From assembly GCF_964355755.1 (NCBI RefSeq), contig NC_092674.1, positions 31,000,001 to 31,064,000 of the forward strand: a DNA stretch of 64,000 nt, written 5' to 3'. The DNA is from Antedon mediterranea. Its lineage: Eukaryota > Animalia > Echinodermata. Positions 36,191-49,041 of this stretch are shown piece by piece (position 1 is the first letter of the stretch; the number at the start of each line of letters is the position of its first letter). The notes under the pieces were generated by a model. The model worked only from the letters and a program-made list of their open reading frames with translations, did no database searches and was not told the origin of the DNA. The position numbers were made by a program, and so were the translations under genes.

Positions 36191-39100
36191 GTTACAAATA
36201 AAGCATGATTTAGAATTAATTTTGGACTGCATAACATTTAGAAAGCTGAACGTTGATTATAAGGTCACTGACTTCCATCTAATCTCGTCAATTCATCTTA
36301 AAATGATGAGATGTGTATGATAGCTTCCTTTACCATCTTTGTGAATATTGCTATTTTCCCCTGGGTATATTTTACGTCCATTTAAGGTAGATACTGTCAT
36401 CTTCCGCGTCCATTAGTACAAAAAAATGGTTACATTGCCCTTCAAATTTCCGTTGAGATGAAAGAAATTCTAGAAACAATTTTAATCGGTCCTAAAGAAA
36501 TCTCAATATTGATCACTCTTTAAAAAATAATTAACACCACAATTTATTACCAAATAGCTTATGAATATTCATAATATAACTATTTAAAACAACTTTTTGA
36601 TCTCAATTTGAAATTGAATACAAGATTTAAATAAGTTGCATCGGGACTAAAAACTAGTTATGTGAGCTAAGAAAGGAATTTAAAGAAATTTCAGTGAAAT
36701 TTTGTTTTCAGAAATACATTGTACACTGTCAAACAGCAATATTTTATTTATTAATTGTACAATTAAAAATAATTTTAAAGACTTAAAAAGCTTAAAGCTT
36801 TCTTTAGAAATATTAGCAACTGTGTTCAAAAGATATTTTTATTACAGAAACAATGTATAATTATTTCTAGGTTAGGGACACATATATTTCTTATTTAAAT
36901 AACACATTATTTATTTATTGAATAAATATAAGTTCTCATGTTTACCTGCAAGACTAATTTATGTAGAGCTTTGCCGGAATCCATTTATTTCTGATGTAAT
37001 AACGACAACGTAGTACCAAACAAAGAACATCTCACGGGAGACGTCATAAAGTACAGAAAACAAAGTCCGAAATGTAATGTACGCAATTTTATTCAATGCT
37101 AATCTATGTACAACAACGATGCATATTGCGATAGACCTGCTTGTAAGCTCCTAATTTACAACCACCAGGAGTGATAGTAGCACAATGTTACATTATACGC
37201 AGTTTACAAAATAATTCAGTATCATAATGGATTGCGTGTTCCTAATATTTAATATAAATTAAATTATGAATTTTAATTCATCATGGTAATACGTTGCTTT
37301 GTCATATGTAAACAAATTATTTATACCTCACAATTCAATGTAGTAAAAAATATTAATAGTAAAAGCTTTATATTTAGATGCCATGATTAATATGTATTTA
37401 TATAATGGGAATGAATGGGTTTTTAGGGTGCTTAATAGTTGTGCAAGTATCCATGATCATGTTTTTTTAAATGTTTTTTATTTTATTTAACCAGATCCAA
37501 CAACGATAATTACCACCACTTACAGGTTTGAAACATAAAACAATAAAACATCAAAAACAATTAATAAACAAATACAATAGTTTCTGAATACTTATATTTA
37601 ATATAAATTGTTTGTAGTGCTTTAAAATCTGATTTCAACCAGCACTACCCTGGAGAAAGGTGACCAATCATTTAGCCCCTGGATCTTCTATTTGATGCCC
37701 CGTCTTTGTTTCTAGTTTCTAATTCAAACCATTGTGTTGAAAATCATTCCATTTCCACCTTGTACAGTGTCTGTGAATGCGTTTTAATTATCTCCGTCCT
37801 TTATTTCTAATTTCCCACAGGTCATATTTTAATTAAAGACCCAATGTCTTGTATTTACTTAGTAATAATGCACACATTAGTATTGTCTTTGTTTTGTAAA
37901 AGAGAATGAAATTTGATTTTACCTTGTTGACTCCGACATATGTTCATTTCATAGTTAATTCATTTTCAATAACCCACGAATAGATTGTAATACTCTTAGG
38001 GATTTGTGTATTCCTCATGGTTGTCAGATTTAGGTTGAGGTTGGGGTAAAATTGATGGTAATTATTTGGGATTAATTGTATCATATACAACTCAACTCAT
38101 GTGTATGTACTGAACTTTATCCTGTATAAAGATCAAAATAATAGTCTGTAAAAAAGTGTAAGTTTTCTTCCTATGTCTTTGCATGTCTTCTATGCATCTC
38201 AGATCTTATAACAAGTAACATAAATAAAATAAAAAATGTTGTGGGTTTGTAAAATTAAAAATAATATAATTAATAAATCTAAAATTGTCATGGTAATATT
38301 AAATAATGCCAGATAATTAAAAATAATACAATTAAAAAATGTGACTTTTTTAAAAACTGCCTGATGGATAAAAATAATGAAGGCAGCAGAGGTCCAAGAA
38401 AAAGAATGTGGGTCTGTAGAGGACCTATTTCAAATTTCCAATTTCCAGTTAAGCTTGAGGACCAGAATTAATACCTTTACTTTTTGACCACAGCACTCTT
38501 TGCAAAGATAATGATTTTCTTTTCTGTTAATCTTTATACCATGTTGTTAACACTACGCATAATTTATTTTCAACATACTACTACTATTCACAATACATTA
38601 TATGAATATACTAAAAGTTGAGCTTTCATTCAAACAAATTATCAACTATTGTAATGAATCAAATATAGTTACAGTGAGTCATCATTGTAAACTGCTATAA
38701 TGCTGTTCTCCAATGTTTTATAGTCTTTTTAACAGCTTGTGTACAATATATATATGACGTATGTCATAACATATTTCAGTTTGTATATAGTATATTCATT
38801 CTAGCGAGAATAAATAACTAAATCAAGAAATATATTCGAATAAAGTCATTATATACACATTATAAAGCATGAAGTGTAATGTGATTGTAGCATTAGTAGT
38901 ATTTTTTAAACATAGGTTAGGAATATCCAAACCGGAATTCCGATTTTTACCAATTGCTTGATATTTTAATAATTGGTCTTTAAAGCTCTGAAAAAATTGT
39001 TTAAATTAACAAATTTTATTAATATTTCTTCAATCATCACTATGCAATTTGTCACAAACCTAAACTCTAATCTTCTAAAATTCAAACATTTAGAACAATT

Positions 39101-39290
39101 GAAAATATATATTGTATACTAGTCATAGTGCCGAATCCTTTGCTTTAAATTTCCTCCTAAAGCATGGGGCCAATACTCAAGCTTATGTGTTAAATTTCTT
39201 TTAATGGCCAAAGATGACTCCTCAATTTATAAATCTTGGCCTTTTTTGTTTTTACACAACACACATTCTGGCCATAGAAGTTAAAAAACG

Positions 39291-39350
39291 CCCATCCATA
39301 GAACTACAGTTGTATTGATCAAACAATACAACTGTAGTTCTATGGATGGG
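39291..39350. repeat. Perfect inverted repeat, 27-bp arms, 6-nt loop
   Basis: CCCATCCATAGAACTACAGTTGTATTG-ATCAAA-CAATACAACTGTAGTTCTATGGATGGG. Confidence 0.95.
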
Positions 39351-39354
39351 TATA

Positions 39355-39399
39355 TTTGCACTGATGAAGGGCTATGTGTTGCCCGAAAGCTCTGCTAAA
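39355..39399 (+). ncRNA. Minimal type I hammerhead ribozyme motif (Penelope-like/retrozyme type)
   Basis: TTTGCA-CTGATGA-A-GGGC(TATGTGTT)GCCC-GAA-AGCT-C-TGC(T)AAA: conserved core boxes, stem II GGGC/GCCC, palindromic AGCT in place of stem III, stem I GCA/TGC, putative UC cleavage site near 39392. Confidence 0.7.
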
Positions 39400-39679
39400 C
39401 TTTTCTGGCAGTTTTACTTTATCGTTTTGATTTAGCTTTTCGTTGATACCCACAGCATTGTCATTTTTTTCAGTAATTTGCCTTTGGATTTATATATATA
39501 TATTTATATTAAACCTAAACCAAGATGATGGATTAATAAACACAAAACATTAATCGGTACTCATGCAATAATGTTACATTTCCTGAATTTCTTATGTTTC
39601 TCATTAGTAAATGTAATAATATGATTATTATTTTGATATTAGCTGCAACTGTTCTCTTTAGTATGTATATCCCATTCTA

Positions 39680-40203
39680 CATACAATAGGAATATGATAG
39701 GAATACAATAGGAATACAATAGGAATACAATAGGAATACAATAGGAATACATTAGGAATACGATAGGAATACGATAGGAATACGATAGGAATACGATAGG
39801 AATACGATAGGAATACGATAGGAATACGATAGGAATACGATAGGAATACGATAGGAATACGATAGGAATACGATAGGAATACGATAGGAATACGATAGGA
39901 ATACGATAGGAATACGATAGGAATACGATAGGAATACGATAGGAATACGATAGGAATACGATAGGAATACGATAGGAATACAATAGGAATACAATAGGAA
40001 TACAATAGGAATACATTAGGAATACGATAGGAATACGATAGGAATACGATAGGAATACGATAGGAATACGATAGGAATACGATAGGAATACGATAGGAAT
40101 ACGATAGGAATACGATAGGAATACGATAGGAATACGATATGAATACAATAGGAATACAATAGGAATACAATAAGAATACAATAGGAATACAATAGGAATA
40201 CAT
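39680..40203. repeat. 11-bp minisatellite (ATAGGAATACR), ~47 units
   Basis: Direct inspection; G and A variants alternate in blocks. Confidence 0.98.
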
Positions 40204-41392
40204 TATAAATATTTGTCTGTACGTGTATGTTTTATTATTCGGTTTTTGTATTTTAAAAACGTACCAGGATTACCTCAATAAAGCTAAAAAGAGGTTATTT
40301 CCAATGGGTCCTTTTTAACAATTTTAAGCAATTAAATTTAATAGAATAAAATAGAAAAAAACATTGAGAAATTTAAATGTTATGGTTTACATTATTTTTA
40401 CTAGTAGTACTCATTTCCAGGTTGAATCTTTATCGCATGTACATACACTCAGTCATTTAAATTTGCACATACACTCAGTCATTTAAATTTCAGTAATAGT
40501 GTCACTGTTTTTGGCTGTTATTTATTTTGTTAGTAACATGTTTGCTTCGTAACGTAGATTAAACTGGAGTTTTGTTTCGTGCTCATTTTTTTTTATATTT
40601 TCATTACTATATTTAAACAATTTCAATTTCTTTTTCTTTTGATTGCCGATATGAAAAGATAATTAATTAGCATAACTGTTCAGGATAGACATGTACAGTA
40701 ACTATATATAAAACATATAGTAACATATAGGCCATTTATGATTTATATGTTATCATAAATGCCATCATCTTTAAAAATATCTCTTCTGTTCTCTTTTATC
40801 TTTGCTTCCGTTTGTTCTGTTTCGTGTCGTACCATCAAATTTTATTTATGGATAAAGTCAACTTTGCCAAAATAGGTCACCGTTGTCACCTCATGTTCAG
40901 TTTGTGATGTCACTCAATGTATATCCCATGTTCGCTCTACATATTCCTTAATTATTCATATTTACTCAAGTGTGCTACTTCAATCATTGTTCTGTTTTTT
41001 TTAATAAAATTTATCTTTAAACTGTAAAATAAAGTTAATGAAATGTAATTTTCAGAAAGCTTATTTCACAGACTTTTAGTGCATGTTAATTACAGACTCA
41101 TTTGTCTTGCCTTAATTAGTTTTTTCTTGTTTATCCCCAGGCAGCATCATTTAGACGTTGATATCATTTAATCCCCTTTTATTGTTTTACCCCACATTTC
41201 TTGATACTCCATATTTTGAAGCAATTATCTGGTGCTAATAAATTCCGAACCATCCGTCTTTATTTCATCTAACCCCTAAAGGGCTAATGTAATTGCGTAT
41301 ATAAAATAGAAATTTTTAGTTATATAAACTGCAACTAATTCTTTTCCCTTCTACAATTTGGTTATTTAAGCAGTAGCACACAATATATGGAT

Positions 41393-41566
41393 GCAAAGGC
41401 ATAATGACAATGCTGTGGGTATCTGTGGAAGGATCTCAATGGAGATAACAAATAAAATAAGCACTGAAAAAATGACAATGCTGTGGGTATCTGTGGAAGG
41501 ATCTCAATGGAGATAACAAATAAAATAAGCAAAAAGCTAAATCAAACAATAAAGTAAAACAGCTTT
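41393..41566 (-). mobile_element. Penelope-like/retrozyme-like repeat family copy (inverted, 68-bp internal duplication)
   Basis: Reverse complement of GATACCCACAGCATTGTCATT... family sequence. Confidence 0.6.
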
Positions 41567-41579
41567 TGGATGTACAAAG

Positions 41580-41980
41580 TTGATATTTTCACTCAGCTTC
41601 GCCTCGAAAATATAACCTATTTATCTCACAAAGTTATTTGTACCATTGCACTCATAAACATTCATTATATGTGTTTATATAACACCTATATAAATTCCTG
41701 TCATTTGATTGGACGAATGTGGGTCACATGGCGTGCAATAGTACGCACTATTCAACGATCGTTAAATAGTACTTTTTGAAACATTTTTGTTTGTTATTTA
41801 GATGTTATATAAAACAAATAATGAATGTTTTTTTATTCGTGTAATGGTACAAATAATGGCACTTGGTGAATGATGAAAGGTTATATCAACTCGGCTTTGC
41901 CTCGTTGATATAACCTTTCATCATTCACCTCGTGCCATTATTTGTACCATTGCACTCATAAACATTCATTATTTGTATAA
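41580..41980. mobile_element. Non-autonomous hairpin element (CryptonV-like) with a long terminal palindrome and a partial second copy
   Basis: ~75-bp-arm imperfect inverted repeat 41815-41975 centred on ACTCGGCTTTGCCTCGT; partial copy at 41585-41668; GATTGG/GGTCACATG motif upstream. Superfamily assignment from recalled resemblance only. Confidence 0.5.
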
Positions 41981-42439
41981 TAATATATGGTAATTAAATT
42001 TGATAAAATGATCAAAATTAGGCAAATGTTGCAGTGTGCCCCCCCCCCCCCCCCACCTCTCTATTATGCATTTTTCTTACTTTTTATTTACTATAATTAC
42101 AAGTGAATTTAAGAAAATAATGAAAAAAAAAAGAAATATTAACGAACATCTATAATATGTATTTGTGAGATGACTAACAAATAAAAGTGGTAGTTTAAAC
42201 CAAAAACGAGAAAAAAAAGTTAATGTTCAAGATTTTACAAATTCTACAAAGTTCAATTCTCAATAAAATAGATAAGTTTTCAAGTAGTAAAAGTGTTTTG
42301 TGTGTCTTTGTCCACTTAATAGCTTAAGTTTTCATATTTTAAAACCTGCCAAGGCAAATCCTGTCCTTGAATAATGAAATTAATATAAGTAGAGTATTTT
42401 TATTAAAGCACAAACTAAAACCTTAAAGGGATTTACAAT

Positions 42440-42640
42440 TACTATCCCAGTTAAGTGCTTAACAATTATTTGTCTAATTGCTTTAACCACGCCTGTGAGA
42501 AAGACATACAACTCCCTGGAGGGGAATTTGATATTTTCTTACCTGAAATAAATGAGCTCATTGGATATCAAACCCCTAGGTACCCATTTTACTCCTGAGA
42601 GACAATGAGGATAAAACTATCTGTCTCAAGGACAACCAAC
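42440..42640 (-). mobile_element. Degenerate SINE remnant (CORE-like)
   Basis: Minus strand reads TCCTTGAG...CATTGTCTCTCAGGAGTAAAATGGGTACC; related CACCCAGGTGTATAAATGGG remnant at ~47920-47950. Confidence 0.35.
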
Positions 42641-43889
42641 TTAAGTAGAAACTGTTACCAGTTACTACATCTCATGCTGTTACTGCCTTACTAAAATATT
42701 TAGAATTTGCTCAAGTATACTCATTTAAAATGTACTTAGATTAAAATATAGCAATACATAATTACTATCAATATTTTTAAGATTTTTATATTCGTTTTCA
42801 TTTTACAATCAACAGCCCTTCATTTAAAAATTGGAATACATAAAAAAATGACAATGACAAAAGTACATCAACAAGGTCCACAAGAACCAATTACAAACAA
42901 TTCTTAATTTTGGATTTAAATAATAAAATAATCATTGGTAAAAATACAGAAATCAACACATAAAGAATATAAATAGACATCTAATCTAATCTAAACATTG
43001 ATAGACTATCAATAAAATAGCTATGAGATGATATTTTAACTATTTAATTTTACTGACCATTAGCCTATAGTTCTCCAACTATAAACCAGATATTAAGAAT
43101 TAAATTAAGAGCATCATTTAAACTTTTTAAATTTGTTGATGTGAAATGGGAATTCGTACACCAAAAGCTTAAACACCTAAGTAAATTTGATATGATTTGA
43201 AATATCCTATTCTCCACCTTATGGGATTTAAATCCAATCTTGTCAGTAATGGTATTTTCATGAATGAAACTAAATAATTAGTTCATAATTTGAAACTTGT
43301 TTAAAAAACTTGTGATGTTAAACTTCTCTCCTAGTTTATGCAATTTAGGTGGTAGAATTATACTCACTGAGTCATATGGTAATCAGTAAATTTCAATGGT
43401 GTTCAACCAATCTTAATAATTATTTTAGGTTGTAGGATTTTACAAATCAGTAACTTTTGTAATAACCTTACTTTTACAGCAGTTTTTAGTCTTAATTTAC
43501 AATCTTATTTTAATTAAGGACATCAATACACAACAATTTTAAAGACATGGCTTAATATTCTCCCACAAACATTCATTTCACGCTTTATCAAAAATCCATA
43601 TTGATTCATTTAAAGAAGTTGTGTTGTTGTTTGTAGAGAGTGGATATGAGACGGGTGGGTTCCATCAATGGAAGTTAAGCTCGATAGGCATATGTACAGG
43701 GAAAAATTTCATTTGAAAATAAATTGCTAATCAAACTGATTTTTTAGTCAAGAAAGATAGTTTTGTATTGTATTTTTTGCTACACAATTGTAGAAATGTG
43801 TAGCAAAAAGGTTGTTTTGTATAGCTTTTTGCTATGCTACACTGGCGAAATTATTCCCTGATGTAGTTGCCTTTTCTCTCCCTTCCTTT

Positions 43890-44022
43890 TTGTCTATATT
43901 TCACTATGAAACTTTATGTGACAAAAAAATGTGATGTGTCCATATATGGAAACGATGATGTCATATCATTTGGGCACATCATACATTCTTTGTCAAACTG
44001 GTTTGATAGTGTAGACAGATCT
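43890..44022. mobile_element. PIF/Harbinger-like MITE (internally deleted, diverged)
   Basis: Family sequence ending GTTTGATAGTGTAGACAGA. Confidence 0.75.
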
Positions 44023-44969
44023 TTATATTTATTATTATATATATGATTTTTAGTGTTTACTATATTTCCTTATGGATGAATATAAAAACTTAGAGACCTG
44101 TTCGTGCTATATTGCTTGATGTTTTTTTATTGAATGTAAAGTGTGTGAGGACTGCAGGGTATGGAAGAAATAATTATTTCCTTCATGGTACACCATTAGA
44201 AAAAGAGTAGGCCTGCTCATTTTCTGGTGTACTGATCATGGTCTTGTATGGGTCCTCCAACTAAGTGTACTGGGGTCACCCAGTATAAAGAAGAATACAT
44301 GAAATAGATTTTCTTACTTTTCCATAATCACTTTCTCCTTATTAGATCTACTACTGTTTGAGAAGATATTATTCATACATTCTTGCACACAAGTATGTAA
44401 AGGAATATAGCATAACAAATGAAATAATAATTCCATTTTTGTATCAGTCTAGGATATCATAAACAAGAAATGCATTAAAAATCAATATGGATTAACAAAA
44501 GGACACGTTTGTTTAGTATGATATACCTCGAGCCGTTACATAAAAGAACTCTGCAACAAGATATGTTTTATTATTTTACAGCCATTTGATAACTTTTTAT
44601 ATAAATGTTGATTTTTATCATCACAGACGTAATTGTCATGGCAACGGCAATCATCGTTGCAACTCAAGTACATTTTTTGTTAATGGAAGCATAAAAAAGG
44701 TGTTATTCTCATTACCGCACTGAAATATAAGAAAAGAACTTTACTCATAAAAAATGATTGCCGTATGATAAAGTAAGTTTGTAATCAAAATATGTGAAAA
44801 GTTGTATATTTGTCATGCCGCAGCTATGAAATTCCGCATAATGTCACTTACACGGGGCAAAGTATACTTGTGGACAAATTAAACGAAAGCAAGTTTTGCT
44901 TTCCACTTGATTGGAAATCGGTGAATCTTTTGTAATTACTTCGATATATACACGATATGATACTGAATT

Positions 44970-45141
44970 CAAAATGAGCACATTGGAGTTAACATATCAA
45001 AATGAGCACATTGGAGTTAACATATCAAAATGAGCACATTGGAGTTAACATATCAAAATGAGCACATTGGAGTTAACATATCAAAATGAGCACATTGGAG
45101 TTAACATATCAAAATGAGCACATTGGAGTTAACATATCAAA
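44970..45141. repeat. 28-bp minisatellite, 6 perfect units
   Basis: CAAAATGAGCACATTGGAGTTAACATAT x6. Confidence 0.97.
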
Positions 45142-45187
45142 TATTTCACTGCTTACAACATTTTTCAAATTCAGTAGTAGTTTCTAA

Positions 45188-45348
45188 AGCTCTGTCTACA
45201 CTATCAAAGTTTATGTGACAAAAAAGTGTGATGTGCCCAAATATGGTAGTAATATGCTTTAATATGGTAGTGATATGACATCATCATGTCCATATTTGGG
45301 CACATCACATTTTTTTGTCACATAAAGTTTGATAGTGTAGACAGAGCT
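45188..45348. mobile_element. PIF/Harbinger-like MITE (most symmetric copy)
   Basis: TAA|AGCTCTGTCTACACTATCAAAGTTTATGTGACAAAAAA...TTTTTTGTCACATAAAGTTTGATAGTGTAGACAGAGCT|TTA. Confidence 0.88.
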
Positions 45349-48300
45349 TTATATGAGACAAAATATTAGGGAGTTTTCAATTTTCGATGACCTATGACCT
45401 ACATATTGTGTCATGGTGGTGTCTCGAGGACCTATTTTTTTCAGATAATTTTTAAACTCTTTAATTTCACAACCCTATGTACTTTTAGATTATACAGATC
45501 AAAAATGTTGTACTATAGGCCTACTGTATATATTGTAAAGACTAACTTTTAAAATACTGTATATATCGTAAATGTTTCCATTATTCTTGTGACCATGTTT
45601 TTTGAATGTTATTTTTTATATAGATTTCATTGAATTAGTTTAAGAGAATTTAAAAGACAGGGTGTGATAAGAATGTGTCTTCTTTTGATATGCGATGAAA
45701 AATTGATAGATGTTAAATTAGCACGCATGTTAGTCCTGCTGCCAAACAAGAGGACAAGCGCAATAAATCAACTATAGTGTGACATGAATCGCAATGTAGA
45801 TGTGAATCGACTATACCGTATGAATAACTTATGGTTTGTGGCAGTGTGAACCGACGTTTCCTGTGTGTCTAGATTGTTGCTGGATGACGTAGTCCTGAGG
45901 CTTAAGTTCCCCGATGATGTGGGTGGCTTACTAGGTGCATATCTGCCAAGTTAATGGAAATGTAGTAGAAAGTTTACCTACTTGTGGTGGTAACAATAAT
46001 GTGTTGGCGACATTTTTTGACTGAATGATGGATGAAACCAATCAAAAATGCATAGACTGCTTTTGCCACGGAATAAAAGTATTTCTATCCAATGACAAGC
46101 TTAATAACATTTGATGGAGTAGTGGTCAGATCTGTAGCTAATCATTAGATTACCTAGATTTAAGATAAATGTTCAGTGTTCTAAAAAATGCACATTTTTT
46201 TTAGCATGGACAAAATGTCATAGGCAAAACCAAATAGAATCTAAGACTGCAATATGTGTGCTGTATAAATTATTAAACATCTTTTATCGGTTAGACATAG
46301 TTTGCAAGGACAATTTTTTTTAGAGGTAAGGGTTCAGTAATGTAGCACTTCGGGTGCATTCTCCCTCCCCACTTTTGACAGTTAAAATTAAATTATAAAC
46401 TACTTTTTGATATCTTAACAGATTATTAATATTATATCCGCCCCTGGTGATGAACGAAGATGGATGGTTACTATCAGTTAGCCTAGTATATTATTGTGAG
46501 TACCTTGCCTTGTAGAAATAAAGACTCTTTCAGAATATCTTTTCAGTCTAATTTTATACAACCTCAGATTCTCTCAAAATAGGTTGAAATTTGTTAAAGA
46601 AATTATAAAATTATTCTAGTTATTCATAGATGACATGCATTCTAAGATTGTTTGTCTGTCTCAAAGGTTGTCCAGTTTTAGGATAGTTTACTATCATTAT
46701 TTTCCACGAGGAACCATAAAGAATACGAAGTATTTCACCACTGAGCCACTCTATGTTTTTTGTCAGGAATCCGTGTCTACTAATGTTATCTCATACCACA
46801 TATGTATATTTTGTTGCCACAGAATCTATTTATGTTCGTTCTATTACATCGTGATCAGTCACTTGTCAGTGTGTTAATGGTAATGCTAAAAACAATGTTG
46901 TTTATGTATCATATTATCTGCTAAGTTTGCATACTTAACTGATTGTAAGTTAAGTCAAATCTGATTTCAGCATTTACAACTAAGTGTGATCATTTGATGT
47001 ACTAACTAATTTAACTAAGCATGGTGGTGTAATTAATGGAATGTCATTCAGAAAAAAACAAAGCTTTTCAGTGATTTAATTTGCTTTTAGTAAAAAAAAA
47101 ATATTGCAACTGGGATCTGAAAGGTTTTGCCAAAAGAAAAAGTATTTCTGTTCTGAGAATGATTTTGTTTTAGTGAAATCTTCATCCAATATAAGTAATC
47201 GCATGAAGGAAATATGAATATTGACAATAACTAGGACACACCAATTAAAGAAACTAAATTAGAATAAATATCCAATTGGAATAATTGCCATCATAAATAC
47301 ATATTTCCATTTTTTTAAAATTTTTTTTTCAAAAATACCCACAAAAAAATTGGTGCCTCAAAACCTAGTTAATAAATGAGTGATTATTCACTTATTAATC
47401 TAAAATTAATAGATATGTAGAAGAAAGGTTCGCAAGCTAATGAACGTCTGTTATAATGCTCTCAATATATTTGTTAGGTTGTTGAATTAATAATGAATTA
47501 TGTAAATATAGTTTCAGAATATTAGTTAGAAAATGCTTTTCTATTTCAATAATCTAAGAATAAGAACTTTTTTGGCTTCAGTTATGAATTTCTATTTTAA
47601 CCAAAAGCATTCATTTCTCCAATTCGATGAAAAAAAAAATATAACATATTGTACACCGTATGTTATGTTAACTCATGAAGGAAATATATATATATATTAA
47701 CTTAAGTACTTCTATAGGCCTAAAATATTTAGTTTCAAACATTTTCAATGCATAATTTATTTATTTATTTATTTCCACTTTATTTACCTTCCAGGTCAGC
47801 TGATATCTAGGGGCCCTCTTTAAAATGATAAAATATAAACATCTATTATACTATACACGTATAGAAACGTACTCCCATAATGCAGCTAGCATTCAGTGCA
47901 AAGTTGTGTCTTGATCGAACCGGGTTCCCATTTATACACCTGGGTGGAATGACGGAAAACGTTTCAAGACGGAGAGAGGAAATATTTCCTAACCAAAAAA
48001 AAAGAAGATCTTTTATGGAACAACCTTAAAAGTAGAAGAGGTTGCCATGCAACAGTGGTTATGTCACACTAACATTTGCATCGCCTGATTGCGTTATACA
48101 CGGAAGGCTTGCGCCGCGAGAATTCTTTCCACACAATCATACATCGCGAGAATGTTATTGACGTGAGAATGTTCGTTACGCATGGTTGAAAGGAAGGAAA
48201 ACTGTCATAATAGATTCAAAGAAAAAAACAATTATTTCTGTTGAATTTAATAATATTCACAAATCTTTTAAAAACGTTTTTGCTTTGATAAATACTGTAC

Positions 48301-48904
48301 TATATCAAGCAGTTATTTAGATTGAACCTCTAATAGGCTACTAAAAGCTTTTTCTTTATTCAAAAAACATCTAGTTAACAAACTTTATTTAAGCTACTGT
48401 ACGCATTCAGTCAGACATGACATAATGTTTTTATGAAGATGCTGATATAGTTATGCAGACTTCTAAACTGGGATTTGCATAAAATTTGCATCTACAAAAA
48501 AACAATATAATTACAGAGGAGACAGTTTTCTAGGTCTCCTTAAACCTCTGCAGGGGTAAAATTTACATAGTTAGAAAAAATCGAAAGAATGTCACACTAT
48601 TCATGAAATTTCATGTTAATTTATTGTAATTATGAGTTTCAAAGAAATTATTTGTATTCATGTCACGCATTTCCAAGGCTATGTTGCTTTTTTTTTAATT
48701 CATTTTTCATTTTGCTCAAAATATGATTTCTAATTTAAATGTTATATAAAAGCAACAATTGCTATGTTTATACAAATGTTGATTCTAAACCAAGACATTA
48801 GGAAGATAAATTGTTATCCTCAATGTTAAAGAAGTACACCCATTTCCAGGGTTGGATCCAAATTTAAGGAACTATTGGTAGCATCAGATACAGTGTTTGC
48901 CTAA

Positions 48905-49041
48905 AGCTCTGTCTACACTATCAAACTAATTTGAAAAAAAGTGTGATGTGCCAAAATATGGTAGTAGTATGACATCAGCAGGTCCATATATGGACATATC
49001 ACATTTTTTTGTCACATAAAGTTTGATAGTGTAGACAGAGC
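48905..49041. mobile_element. PIF/Harbinger-like MITE
   Basis: Family TIRs; one internal 21-bp unit missing. Confidence 0.82.

Noticed and set aside
35821-36320. Overlapping 94-126 aa ORFs
   Set aside because: Products of the 43-bp minisatellite read in rotating frames.
39639-40203. 180-aa ORFs (YSYRIPIVFLS repeats)
   Set aside because: Translation of an 11-bp satellite lacking stops on one strand; no splice or homology support.
42950-43620. Possible decayed L1/Tx1 reverse transcriptase on the - strand
   Set aside because: Only faint motif echoes (DxxKA-, YLG-like) amid many stops and frameshifts; cannot be supported without a profile search.
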